Shown here piece after piece: positions 50,878 through 63,745 of a DNA stretch of 64,000 bases. The position numbers and the translations under genes are program-made. Each line of letters starts with the position of its first letter. Positions within the stretch are counted from its first letter, which is position 1. Origin of the DNA: Mizuhopecten yessoensis (taxonomy: Eukaryota); contig NW_018405342.1 in NCBI RefSeq assembly GCF_002113885.1, positions 44,292 to 108,291 of the forward strand. The letters are read 5' to 3'. Under the pieces are notes generated by a model. That model was not told the DNA's origin. It worked only from the letters and a program-made list of their open reading frames with translations, and searched no databases.

Positions 50878-51379
50878 TTAAGGTTATTAAGTTACTGCTG
50901 AGAAAATGTTAAGTTCACACAAAAACTATCGAGTAACAGTGAAAATATCAATCCCCAACCCATCTCTACCAACTCTGCTGACTGTATAGTAATGCTCATA
51001 CTCAACAGACAAATAACTCAGACCCAGTAACCTGTTCAGGACAGATATGGTTAATATTTCTTAAGTCATCAGAATAGCTCTGAAGATAAATTTGGATTGT
51101 TATATTGTAATTGACTCTTCAGGTAATCATATCAATAGAAATAGCCTGGGTTGTGTACCGGTCGGAGATCTAGGACCCCTTCACCAGTTCTTGGGATACA
51201 TATAGCTTCAGTACTTGGCATTCACCCCCCCTGAATAAGCCTCCGAAATAATTTCAGTGGCAGCCAGATGCCTACCCCTCAGAAGTTCAATTGTGTCCCC
51301 TAAATAATATCATTGGTTAGTTTCCTACGAGTCTAACAGCTATTTGTCAGCTCTTCATCCCCCTTGAGTCAGACACTGT

Positions 51380-54300
51380 TAGTTTAAGTGGTGGCCAGAC
51401 ATTTATCCTCAGCTCTACCATCCTCACAATCACACACTGTTACACTATATGTAGTTTGAGTGGTGGCCAGACATCTATCCTCAGTGTGACCATCCCCGCA
51501 ATCAGACACTGTTACACTATATATCTATCCTCAGTGTGACCATCCCCGCAATCAGGCACTGTTACACTATATGTAGTTTGAGAGGTGGCCAGACATCTAT
51601 CCTCGGCTCTACCATCGCCGCAATCAGACACTGTTACACTATCTACCATCCTCACAATCACACACTGATACACTATATGTAGTTTGAGTGGTGGCCAGGC
51701 ATCTATCCCTCAGCTCTACAATCCCCGCAATCAGACACTGTTACACTATATGTAATTTGAGTGGTGGCCAGACATCTATCCTCAGCTCTACCATCGCCGC
51801 AATCACACACTGTTACACTATATGTAGTTTGAGTGGTGGCCAGACATCTATCCTCAGCTCTACCATCGCCACAATCAGACACTGTTACACTAAATGTAGT
51901 TTGAGTGGTGGCCAGACATCTATCCTCAGCTCTACCATCCCCGCAATCAGACACTGTTACACTATATGTAGTTTGAGTGGTGGCCAGACATCTATCCTCA
52001 GCTCTACCATCGCCGCAATCAGACACTGTTACACTATATGTAGTTTGAGTGGTGGCCAGACATCTATCCCTCAGCTCTACCATCCCCGCAATCAGACACT
52101 GTTACACTATATGTAGTTTGAGTGGTGGCCAGGCATCTATCCCTCAGCTCTACCATCCCCGCAATCAGACACTGTTACACTATATGTAGTTTGAGTGGTG
52201 GCCAGGCATCTATCCCTCAGCTCTACCATCCCCGCAATCAGACACTGTTACACTATATGTAGTTTGAGTGGTGGCCAGGCATCTATCCCTCAGCTCTACC
52301 ATCCCCGCAATCAGACACTGTTACACTATATGTAGTTTGAGTGGTGGCCAGGCATCTATCCCTCAGCTCTACCATCCCCGCAATCAGACACTGTTACACT
52401 ATATGTAGTTTGAGTGGTGGCCAGGCATCTATCCCTCAGCTCTACCATCCCCGCAATCAGACACTGTTACACTATATGTAGTTTGAGTGGTGGCCAGGCA
52501 TCTATCCCTCAGCTCTACCATCCCCGCAATCAGACACTGTTACACTATATGTAGTTTGAGTGGTGGCCAGGCATCTATCCCTCAGCTCTACCATCCCCGC
52601 AATCAGACACTGTTACACTATATGTAGTTTGAGTGGTGGCCAGGCATCTATCCCTCAGCTCTACCATCCCCGCAATCAGACACTGTTACACTGTAAGTAG
52701 TTTGAGTTGTGGCCAGGCATCTATCCCTCAGCTCTACCATCGCCGCAATTAGACACTGTTACACTATATGTAGTTTGAGTGGTGGCCAGGCATCTATCCC
52801 TCAGCTCTACCATCCCCGCAATCAGACACTGTTACACTATATGTAGTTTGAGTGGTGGCCAGGCATCTATCCCTCAGCTCTACCATCCCCGCAATCAGAC
52901 ACTGTTACACTATATGTAGTTTGAGTGGTGGCCAGGCATCTATCCCTCAGCTCTACCATCCCCGCAATCAGACACTGTTACACTATATGTAGTTTGAGTG
53001 GTGGCCAGGCATCTATCCCTCAGCTCTACCATCCCCGCAATCAGACACTGTTACACTATATGTAGTTTGAGTGGTGGCCAGGCATCTATCCCTCAGCTCT
53101 ACCATCCCCGCAATCAGACACTGTTACACTATATGTAGTTTGAGTGGTGGCCAGGCATCTATCCCTCAGCTCTACCATCCCCGCAATCAGACACTGTTAC
53201 ACTATATGTAGTTTGAGTGGTGGCCAGGCATCTATCCCTCAGCTCTACCATCCCCGCAATCAGACACTGTTACACTATATGTAGTTTGAGTGGTGGCCAG
53301 GCATCTATCCCTCAGCTCTACCATCCCCGCAATCAGACACTGTTACACTATATGTAGTTTGAGTGGTGGCCAGGCATCTATCCCTCAGCTCTACCATCCC
53401 CGCAATCAGACACTGTTACACTATATGTAGTTTGAGTGGTGGCCAGGCATCTATCCCTCAGCTCTACCATCCCCGCAATCAGACACTGTTACACTATATG
53501 TAGTTTGAGTGGTGGCCAGGCATCTATCCCTCAGCTCTACCATCCCCGCAATCAGACACTGTTACACTATATGTAGTTTGAGTGGTGGCCAGGCATCTAT
53601 CCCTCAGCTCTACCATCCCCGCAATCAGACACTGTTACACTATATGTAGTTTGAGTGGTGGCCAGGCATCTATCCCTCAGCTCTACCATCCCCGCAATCA
53701 GACACTGTTACACTATATGTAGTTTGAGTGGTGGCCAGGCATCTATCCCTCAGCTCTACCATCCCCGCAATCAGACACTGTTACACTATATGTAGTTTGA
53801 GTGGTGGCCAGGCATCTATCCCTCAGCTCTACCATCCCCGCAATCAGACACTGTTACACTATATGTAGTTTGAGTGGTGGCCAGGCATCTATCCCTCAGC
53901 TCTACCATCCCCGCAATCAGACACTGTTACACTATATGTAGTTTGAGTGGTGGCCAGGCATCTATCCCTCAGCTCTACCATCCCCGCAATCAGACACTGT
54001 TACACTATATGTAGTTTGAGTGGTGGCCAGGCATCTATCCCTCAGCTCTACCATCCCCGCAATCAGACACTGTTACACTATATGTAGTTTGAGTGGTGGC
54101 CAGGCATCTATCCCTCAGCTCTACCATCCCCGCAATCAGACACTGTTACACTATATGTAGTTTGAGTGGTGGCCAGGCATCTATCCCTCAGCTCTACCAT
54201 CCCCGCAATCAGACACTGTTACACTATATGTAGTTTGAGTGGTGGCCAGGCATCTATCCCTCAGCTCTACCATCCCCGCAATCAGACACTGTTACACTAT

Positions 54301-57300
54301 ATGTAGTTTGAGTGGTGGCCAGGCATCTATCCCTCAGCTCTACCATCCCCGCAATCAGACACTGTTACACTATATGTAGTTTGAGTGGTGGCCAGGCATC
54401 TATCCCTCAGCTCTACCATCCCCGCAATCAGACACTGTTACACTATATGTAGTTTGAGTGGTGGCCAGGCATCTATCCCTCAGCTCTACCATCCCCGCAA
54501 TCAGACACTGTTACACTATATGTAGTTTGAGTGGTGGCCAGGCATCTATCCCTCAGCTCTACCATCCCCGCAATCAGACACTGTTACACTATATGTAGTT
54601 TGAGTGGTGGCCAGGCATCTATCCCTCAGCTCTACCATCCCCGCAATCAGACACTGTTACACTATATGTAGTTTGAGTGGTGGCCAGGCATCTATCCCTC
54701 AGCTCTACCATCCCCGCAATCAGACACTGTTACACTATATGTAGTTTGAGTGGTGGCCAGGCATCTATCCCTCAGCTCTACCATCCCCGCAATCAGACAC
54801 TGTTACACTATATGTAGTTTGAGTGGTGGCCAGGCATCTATCCCTCAGCTCTACCATCCCCGCAATCAGACACTGTTACACTGTAAGTAGTTTGAGTGGT
54901 GGCCAGGCATCTATCCCTCAGCTCTACCATCGCCGCAATTAGACACTGTTACACTATATGTAGTTTGAGTGGTGGCCAGGCATCTATCCCTCAGCTCTAC
55001 CATCCCCGCAATCAGACACTGTTACACTATATGTAGTTTGAGTGGTGGCCAGGCATCTATCCCTCAGCTCTACCATCCCCGCAATCAGACACTGTTACAC
55101 TATATGTAGTTTGAGTGGTGGCCAGGCATCTATCCCTCAGCTCTACCATCCCCGCAATCAGACACTGTTACACTATATGTAGTTTGAGTGGTGGCCAGGC
55201 ATCTATCCCTCAGCTCTACCATCCCCGCAATCAGACACTGTTACACTATATGTAGTTTGAGTGGTGGCCAGGCATCTATCCCTCAGCTCTACCATCCCCG
55301 CAATCAGACACTGTTACACTATATGTAGTTTGAGTGGTGGCCAGGCATCTATCCCTCAGCTCTACCATCCCCGCAATCAGACACTGTTACACTATATGTA
55401 GTTTGAGTGGTGGCCAGGCATCTATCCCTCAGCTCTACCATCCCCGCAATCAGACACTGTTACACTATATGTAGTTTGAGTGGTGGCCAGGCATCTATCC
55501 CTCAGCTCTACCATCCCCGCAATCAGACACTGTTACACTATATGTAGTTTGAGTGGTGGCCAGGCATCTATCCCTCAGCTCTACCATCCCCGCAATCAGA
55601 CACTGTTACACTATATGTAGTTTGAGTGGTGGCCAGGCATCTATCCCTCAGCTCTACCATCCCCGCAATCAGACACTGTTACACTATATGTAGTTTGAGT
55701 GGTGGCCAGGCATCTATCCCTCAGCTCTACCATCCCCGCAATCAGACACTGTTACACTATATGTAGTTTGAGTGGTGGCCAGGCATCTATCCCTCAGCTC
55801 TACCATCCCCGCAATCAGACACTGTTACACTGTAAGTAGTTTGAGTTGTGGCCAGGCATCTATCCCTCAGCTCTACCATTGCCGCAATTAGACACTGTTA
55901 CACTATATGTAGTTTGAGTGGTGGCCAGGCATCTATCCCTCAGCTCTACCATCCCCGCAATCAGACACTGTTACACTATATGTAGTTTGAGTGGTGGCCA
56001 GGCATCTATCCCTCAGCTCTACCATCCCCGCAATCAGACACTGTTACACTATATGTAGTTTGAGTGGTGGCCAGGCATCTATCCCTCAGCTCTACCATCC
56101 CCGCAATCAGACACTGTTACACTATATGTAGTTTGAGTGGTGGCCAGGCATCTATCCCTCAGCTCTACCATCCCCGCAATCAGACACTGTTACACTATAT
56201 GTAGTTTGAGTGGTGGCCAGGCATCTATCCCTCAGCTCTACCATCCCCGCAATCAGACACTGTTACACTATATGTAGTTTGAGTGGTGGCCAGGCATCTA
56301 TCCCTCAGCTCTACCATCCCCGCAATCAGACACTGTTACACTATATGTAGTTTGAGTGGTGGCCAGGCATCTATCCCTCAGCTCTACCATCCCCGCAATC
56401 AGACACTGTTACACTATATGTAGTTTGAGTGGTGGCCAGGCATCTATCCCTCAGCTCTACCATCCCCGCAATCAGACACTGTTACACTATATGTAGTTTG
56501 AGTGGTGGCCAGGCATCTATCCCTCAGCTCTACCATCCCCGCAATCAGACACTGTTACACTATATGTAGTTTGAGTGGTGGCCAGGCATCTATCCCTCAG
56601 CTCTACCATCCCCGCAATCAGACACTGTTACACTATATGTAGTTTGAGTGGTGGCCAGGCATCTATCCCTCAGCTCTACCATCCCCGCAATCAGACACTG
56701 TTACACTATATGTAGTTTGAGTGGTGGCCAGACATCTATCCTCAGCTCTACCATCCCCGCAATCAGACACTGTTACACTATATGTAGTTTGAGTGGTGGC
56801 CAGACATCTATCCCTAAGCGCTACCATCCCCGCAATCAGACACTGTTACACTATATGTAGTTTGAGTGGTGGCCAGGCATCTATCCCTCAACTCTACCAT
56901 CGCCGCAATCAGACACTGTTACACTATATGTAGTTTGAGTGGTGGCCAGACATCTATCCCTCAGCTCTACCATCTCCTAGAGATCAATCCCTGGTAGTTT
57001 TAATGGTGGCCAGACATCTATCCTCAGCTCTACCATCACCGCAATCAGACACTGTTACACTATATGTAGTGTTAGTGGTAGTCAGGCATCTATCCCTCAG
57101 CTCTACCATCGCTGCAATCAGACACTGTTACACTGTAAGTAGTTTGAGTTGTGGCCAGGCATCTATCCCTCAGCTCTACCACTGCCGCAATCAGACACTG
57201 TTACACTATATGTAGTTTGAGTGGTGGCCAGACATCTATCCCTCAGCTCTACCATCCCCGCAATCAGACACTATTACACTATGTGTAGTTTGAGTGGTGG

Positions 57301-57548
57301 CCAGGCATCTATCTCTCAGCTCTACCATCCCCGCAATCAGACACTGTTACACTGTAAGTAGTTTGAGTGGTGGCCAGGCATCTAACCTCAGCATGACCAT
57401 CCCCGCAATCAGACACTGTTACACTATATGTAGTTTGAGTGGTGGCCAGGTATCTATCCCTCAGTGTTACACTATATGTAGTTGTGGCCAGGCATCTATC
57501 CCTCAGGGTTACACTATATGTAGTGGTGGCCAGACATCTATCCCTCAG
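51380..57548. repeat. 73-bp satellite array (about 84 copies; 72-bp and 42-bp variants at the edges) abutting the ZCCHC17 stop codon
   Basis: Unit catctatccctcagctctaccatccccgcaatcagacactgttacactatatgtagtttgagtggtggccagg. Confidence 0.97.
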
Positions 57549-57600
57549 AACTGCTTGAACTGTCATACTTCTTGCTTTTATGATGCTTATGTTTTTGTTT
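57538..57600 (-). CDS. ZCCHC17: ZCCHC17 probable last coding exon
   Basis: Acceptor tttcag|AAA, phase 0. Encodes KQKHKHHKSKKYDSSSSSEG then TAG, continuing the K/S-rich tail. Confidence 0.75.
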   Translation of the reverse strand, partial: KQKHKHHKSKKYDSSSSSEG

Positions 57601-57994
57601 CTGAAATTAAAAAAATAGCATTTGCAGATAAAAGCTGATTTATGACTTTTGTATTCTCTATGAAACACTTAAGCATAATAGCGTTCACTGTCACTTTAAG
57701 AAACTAATGTTTCAAAAATCACCAGATTTTGGAACAGTCAAGATTACAGAAAACAAACTAAAATATTTCCAGCAAAATAACAAGATTACCATGTTTTGAA
57801 ACGTTTCTACCATTTTAGACTTTAATTTTAAGTTCTGTTTGATAAATCCAGACATGTTTCTCTTCCAAACTTTTATTTAGAAATTCCATCCGGTTTAAAA
57901 TTATCTAAAAAGAACACCTGCGATTGTCAGCAGCGTTGGTACATGACCTTAACTAATGACCTTGACATTAAGATATATGACCTTTATATCCTAC

Positions 57995-58096
57995 CTTCCT
58001 GTGCCGCTCCTCGTCACTACTATCTTCTGATGAAGCCTGTTTTTGGTGTTTGTGCTTCTTGTGTTTTTTCTTCTCCTTTTTGGGCTTTTTTTCTTT
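57995..58096 (-). CDS. ZCCHC17: ZCCHC17 Lys-rich exon
   Basis: Encodes KEKKPKKEKKKHKKHKHQKQASSEDSSDEERHRK. GT-AG bounded, phase 0/0. Confidence 0.85.
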
Positions 58097-58855
58097 CTGT
58101 GAAACCAGGATCAGCATTGTACAACAACAAAACTGTAACAGCAGTTAATTATCCTACCTGACATTCACCTTGTCACTGAAAGAATTACACACTAAGAAAC
58201 AAGGGACATTTTCATTTATGTGAAAATAGACAATTTTACCACTTTCAAACGAAAACTTACTTGGTACTGTTTAGCAATGTCTTAGATTTAAATTTGTTTC
58301 TCCATGTAACCAAAACTTGTTACTTTCTAAATAGACTTCTTATCTAAATTATATCAATATTTTAGATTATGCTATATTAGCGTATATAACTATGTCAATT
58401 TTTATTGTTTACTATATTAGCATGTATGTATATTAGGCACATGCCATTTAATTGATGAAATTCCTTTGCATGAAACTTTATGCATTCTGTGATACTCTTA
58501 ACTAAGATAACTGTGATATAACCTTATATATGTCGATTGCATCAATATATATGTAACTTTTAACTAGCACATGTTTTTTACTAGCAAGATTACCATGTTT
58601 ATTTATATATCGATTGCGTAAATATGTTATTTTATCTAACACATGTATTTCACTAACAAGAGGACCATGTGGAAGATTAGCCCTTGGCTAAACATGTATT
58701 TTATCCTCAATAAATAAAGTTTATTATTATTATAAACAACCAGTTCGTCTACTCAACATATTTTCTCTGATTTACTGAAATTCAGATAAGTACATCTGAG
58801 TACCTGAACAGGTACCAAAATCAAACAAATAACAGCCGTTTATAAATAAAATTAC

Positions 58856-58983
58856 CTTCCTTTTCTTCTTCAGTGAGGAACTCTCTTCCTCTGATAACTC
58901 CGGAAATCCATCATCCTCCAGGTCAGGGACCAACTCGTAGGATTTACCTCCCTTTGTGTGAAAACAATCCTGTGCTAAATGTC
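58856..58983 (-). CDS. ZCCHC17: ZCCHC17 exon (second half of the zinc knuckle)
   Basis: Encodes GHLAQDCFHTKGGKSYELVPDLEDD...KKKRK. Confidence 0.92.
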
Positions 58984-59334
58984 CTATGATATCAACAACG
59001 AGAAAAAGTTTTATATATATATATATACAGAAGACTAAGAAATATGGTATATTCATATTGAAGTGTTATATTAAGGACAGATTTGACCCTGTATTGATTC
59101 AGTACCAATTTCTGAAGAATATTTTGCTTAGTTTTAAAACGTTTTATGGCCATAAGATTTGTCAATGGTGAAAAGTTTTATAAACCTCAATACTGTCTTT
59201 AATCTCACAATATCTAACGATATGTTTAAGGTTTTCTGAATGTTAAACACAGTCCAACAAATAAATAAATACCAGAATGACGTGAAACTTTAAGTATTAA
59301 ACAAAGAATTCCACAGAGTAATTAACACATGTAC

Positions 59335-59435
59335 CATGTCCTCCACACTTGCGACATGTGGTGTCCAGGACTGCCCCGAGTTCTATTTTTGGTCTCCCAC
59401 CTCTCACGCCTTGCTTCTTCTGCCGATTGTCCAAG
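59335..59435 (-). CDS. ZCCHC17: ZCCHC17 exon (first half of the CCHC knuckle)
   Basis: Encodes LDNRQKKQ...KIELGAVLDTTCRKCGGH. The acceptor is AAG. Confidence 0.9.
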
Positions 59436-59619
59436 CTTAAAGGTACGACAGGAAGCATGTTACATTCTCTACATGTACATATTAAATTTTGGGCTATGAA
59501 TAAAGAAATCGGATATGTACATAGTAGGGTCCTTATGCCTAAATATATTTCTTTACAGTATTTGTGCATTGGATGTAAAAATGTTGGTTACATGTCCAGG
59601 ATATGATACAAGTGTCAAA

Positions 59620-59963
59620 AGTCAGCAACCAGATAGCTGCATTGGAAGAGCATCCATCCAGAAATTAAAGGGTCCCAGCTTTGAATCCCGGTTTGGACAT
59701 TGCGTTTTTCTTTCTCCTGTTACAAAATCTGTCAGCTTGCCAACACTGGGTGAATTTTGGCAGGGTGATACTTGATCCTGGGGTTGTGAAAAGTTGTGTC
59801 TTTGGTGGCAAAGTCTTAGATAAAGGAGGGAGGAATGTAGTGGAACTGGACTGGGTCGATTGTTGGCGACCAGGTAGCTCAATTGGTAGAGCGTCCGTCT
59901 CGAGTTCGGAGGGGCCCGTGTTGAATCAAGTCTGGCCATTGTGTCCCTCTTTCTCCTGTTACA
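59620..59963 (+). mobile_element. TRIM (miniature LTR retrotransposon) with tRNA-like LTRs, Helenus-like, in a ZCCHC17 intron
   Basis: Two direct repeats end in tttctcctgttaca (59724, 59963). A polypurine tract aaaggagggaggaa directly precedes the TG start of the 3' LTR (59836). A-box tagctcaattggtagagc lies inside the LTR. Confidence 0.62.
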
Positions 59964-60323
59964 CAAGGATCTCCAAATTGCAGATGGCTGATCTAAATAA
60001 TTGAGTTTCTTTGTCAGTGTTGTTTAACCCAGTCCATTTCCACTACATATAAAATTGAGGCCTGTAGGGTTTATCTAGCTTACCTTAACATATTATGGCC
60101 TAGTAAATACATATCAACATCTTTTTAGTTAGAGCTTAGTACATGCATATGTTAACATGTACATGGTTAGGGCCTAGAAAATGCATATATATGTTAACAT
60201 CTTTACAGCTAGGGCCTAGTACATACATATGTTAACATGTACATGGTTAGGACCTGGTGTATCAAATGTACAACATACCCTGTACTTGGTATGTAAATAA
60301 TTGGGGCCATGAGTAATGTATAC

Positions 60324-60403
60324 CTTAACTGTACATTGGTAGGGTCCTCATCTTGACCAGTCGTCTGGTTAACACACTTCATAGACAAGGACACCTTATC
60401 ATC
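60324..60403 (-). CDS. ZCCHC17: ZCCHC17 exon (end of the S1 domain)
   Basis: Encodes DDKVSLSMKCVNQTTGQDEDPTNVQL. Confidence 0.92.
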
Positions 60404-60644
60404 CTGTTGATGAAAAGATGTAAATGTGTACTTCAATATCATAGAATAGCTTTTCGGTAAACAATCCATAGAAAAGGTCATCTTATATATTCTGCCCTCA
60501 GAAATCAGTAAATCATGATTGTGTAATCTTTTTTTAATAAACATTTTACAGAGAAGTTATTTTTATTATCCTTCCTATCTGACAGAAATCAGAACATGGT
60601 CTTTATTTTCTATTTTCATTTTTATTTTTATTTTTTTGTAGGGC

Positions 60645-61130
60645 GTTTGGGTTACTTATGCTCGGTGACATAAGATAAGGTTTGGGTCACTTATGCTCGG
60701 TGAAATGAGATAAGGTTTGGGTTACTTATGTTCGTTGACATAAGATAAGGTTTGGGTCACTTATGCTCGGTGACATAAGATAAGGTTTGGGTTACTTATG
60801 CTCGGTGAAATAAGATAAGGTTTGGGTTACTTATGCTCGGTGACATAAGATAAGGTTTGGGTTACTTATGCTTGGTGAAATAAGATAAGGTTTGGGTTAC
60901 TTATGCTCGGTGAAATAAGATAAGATTTGGGTTAGTAATGCTTGGTGAAATAAGATAAGGTTTGGGTTACTTATGCTCGGTGAAATGAGATAAGGTTTGG
61001 GTTACTTATACTCGGTGAAATAAGATAAGGTTTGGGTTACTTATGCTCGGTGAAATGAGATAAGGTTTTGGTTACTTATGTTCGTTGAAATAAGATAAGG
61101 TTTGGGTTACTTATACTCGGTGAAATAAGA
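60645..61130. repeat. 35-bp minisatellite (about 14 copies), intronic
   Basis: Unit gtttgggttacttatgctcggtgaaataagataag. Confidence 0.93.
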
Positions 61131-61489
61131 TCCTAAAATGTAACACACTTTGACAGAAAATATATCATTCCAAACACCATTTACATCTGGAACACTGCTA
61201 GACAAAGTCATTCGCCTTAAATCAATCAAGCATCTACTTTTACACAGTTTTAAACCTGTTTGAAAGATATCTTTAGACTGTTGTTTCCTTTTTTTAGTAA
61301 GTGTTAACTACGACACTGCTCTTTATCATAATTTCCCCCAGTCCGGAGAAAATGACTTAACTGTTTATGGTTGATTGATTATTGATTGATTATGTTAACT
61401 GTTTATGGTTGGTTGATTATGTTAACTGTTTACGATTGATTGATTATGTCCAGCCCTACCAAGTTTACCTTCATTAGACATGTCCTTAC

Positions 61490-61590
61490 CTCGATAGAGA
61501 TAACTTTACACTGCACTTTTTCTCCGACACTCAACATCTCGGTCGGGTCATCAACTCTGGCCTTGGACATCTGGGATTTGTGTACTAGAC
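61490..61590 (-). CDS. ZCCHC17: ZCCHC17 exon (S1 domain)
   Basis: Encodes GLVHKSQMSKARVDDPTEMLSVGEKVQCKVISIE. Confidence 0.93.
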
Positions 61591-61665
61591 CTGAATTATA
61601 TTGACATCAAGTGGTTTTTACACCAAGACTTCAACAGGTCTGCCAAAGTAAAATTCTGTTTCTGG

Positions 61666-62385
61666 TTTACCTAACTACCCTAGTTCTAAGTCTGTCAGTG
61701 TCCTACATGATTTACCTAACTACCCTAGTTCTAAGTCTGTCAGTGTCCTACATGATTTACCTAACTACCCTAGTTATAAGTCTGTCAGTGTCCTACATGA
61801 TTTACCTAACTACCCTAGTTCTAAGTCTGTCAGTGTCCTACATGATTTACCTAACTACCCTAGTTCTAAGTCTGTCAGTGTCCTACATGATTTACCTAAC
61901 TACCCTAGTTATAAGTCTGTCAGTGTCCTACATGATTTACCTAACTACCCTAGTTCTAAGTCTGTCAGTGTCCTACATGATTTACCTAACTACCCTAGTT
62001 ATAAGTCTGTCAGTGTCCTACATGATTTACCTAACTACCCTAGTTATAAGTCTGTCAGTGTCCTACATGATTTACCTAACTACCCTAGTTCTAAGTCTGT
62101 CAGTGTCCTACATGATTTACCTAACTACCCTAGTTCTAAGTCTGTCAGTGTCCTACATGATTTACCTAACTACCCTAGTTATAAGTCTGTCAGTGTCCTA
62201 CATGATTTACCTAACTACCCTAGTTCTAAGTCTGTCAGTGTCCTACATGATTTACCTAACTACCCTAGTTCTAAGTCTGTCAGTGTCCTACATGATTTAC
62301 CTAACTACCCTAGTTCTAAGTCTGTCAGTGTCCTACATGATTTACCTAACTACCCTAGTTATAATTATGTCAGTGTCCTACATGA
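61666..62385. repeat. 45-bp minisatellite (16 copies), intronic
   Basis: Unit tttacctaactaccctagttctaagtctgtcagtgtcctacatga. Confidence 0.95.
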
Positions 62386-63145
62386 TGTATATTTTTGTTA
62401 AGCCTAATAGTTTAAATAAACCGATTACAAAACTTCAAGATTTCCCAATTCACTCTGCCTTTCCAATTTGTTTCAGAAAATCAATTAGAATCCATGTTTA
62501 ATTGAGATTGAAAGCTGACTGCAGACTTACAATAATTGTTTACATCATGTCAAATACCACTAACCAATTGTATTTCAGTGTTTTTCCAGAGCTAGTAAGT
62601 ATACACCCGTCTTTTAATTATTCAATTTTGCCATAATGCCACCACCAATTCACCTTACCCTTTTAAAACCTTGAGTATTGCTTAGGCCAAAAAGTAATGT
62701 GTATTAAGGTTTCTGATCAACCATATTGCTTTCTTGCAAACCCTTAAGTTCTTGACCTTGCCATTTTAAACACATTTTAAAAATATATTAATTATATTTC
62801 ACAAGCATTTAGTCTTAAAATTCTAAAGATGGGGATATAACTTAATCAGTAGTCTTCATTTTATCATAATAATTTAACAGCATGCTCTGATGTAGAAGTT
62901 CCATCACTATGTATATGTAGTATATGATTATCTACTGTATTCAATCCAACTGTGATCATAAGACATAAAAACACTCCCTATCATTTTTTTCCAGTCAAAG
63001 AGTCCCACCTTAACAAAAATTTACCAACTTACTAGAAATCACATCTTTCATGGATATTTTTTAAGAATTTTGGAAAGTTTTGCAATCATTCAAATTTTCC
63101 CAAAATTCTAAACATCCAGGGCACCGATTACATCAAATACCTTAC

Positions 63146-63203
63146 CTTGTTTTTTAGAATCAGGAATCTTTATAAATGCCCCATAAGACTTCACACTAGC
63201 CAC
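63146..63203 (-). CDS. ZCCHC17: ZCCHC17 (pNO40) exon, start of the S1 domain; upstream exon(s) lie beyond the window
   Basis: Encodes VASVKSYGAFIKIPDSKKQG. GT-AG bounded. Confidence 0.9.
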
Positions 63204-63412
63204 CTGTATCAAACAAAAACACATCATCACTTTGTATACATGTACAGTAGATTTCACTTGCTTAATGTCATTTTTCTGTTAATATCATGTCTTCATACTT
63301 TGAGAACAGCATTTTTCCTACTATATATAAATACATATTTATAAATATCACTTGATTTGATATATTATCAGCCAATTATCCCAAATACACAGGTTAGTGA
63401 GTGAAATAAATA

Positions 63413-63745
63413 GAGGTTCCCCAACGAGTGATGGTTGGTTATCATGTTTATCTAACTCGAGTTAGTTAATTTTCAAATTGTATAAACCTCGTGTCTTTTA
63501 CAATTTTAAAATTAACTAACAAGAGTTAGATAAACATGAAAACCTACCATCACGAGTTTGGGATCCTTTTTTTCCCATAACGTTCATATTTTATCTGGAA
63601 AGCCATATGTTTCCCTTGAAAATACACTATATCGGCTTCTGATTGGGGGTAACAATTGCCGTGAATCATGACGTCACAATCGAAGATGACGTCGCGAAGC
63701 ATTGTTATGAGACGTCATAAGTAAAAAATTGACCAATGAAATCAC
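63413..63745. mobile_element. 155-bp hairpin (63413-63568) followed by a TGACGTCA/CCAAT cluster; unclassified element
   Basis: catgtttatctaactc..gttagttaatttt pairs with aaaattaactaac..gagttagataaacatg. tgacgtc motifs at 63669 and 63687. Confidence 0.55.

Noticed and set aside
51688-52116. Cys/His repeat ORFs in the 73-bp array
   Set aside because: They are open only in 72-bp variant units, with no independent coding evidence.
58500-58735. LINE 3' end with a (TAT)n tail (a similar patch lies at about 13850-13975)
   Set aside because: Plausible, but there is no TSD or coding remnant to support a call.
59866-59940. Functional tRNA gene
   Set aside because: An A-box is present, but the T-arm/B-box and acceptor stem are degenerate, and it is part of a repeated LTR-like unit.
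61611-62501. 296-aa hydrophobic repeat ORF
   Set aside because: It is a 45-bp minisatellite, antisense within a ZCCHC17 intron.
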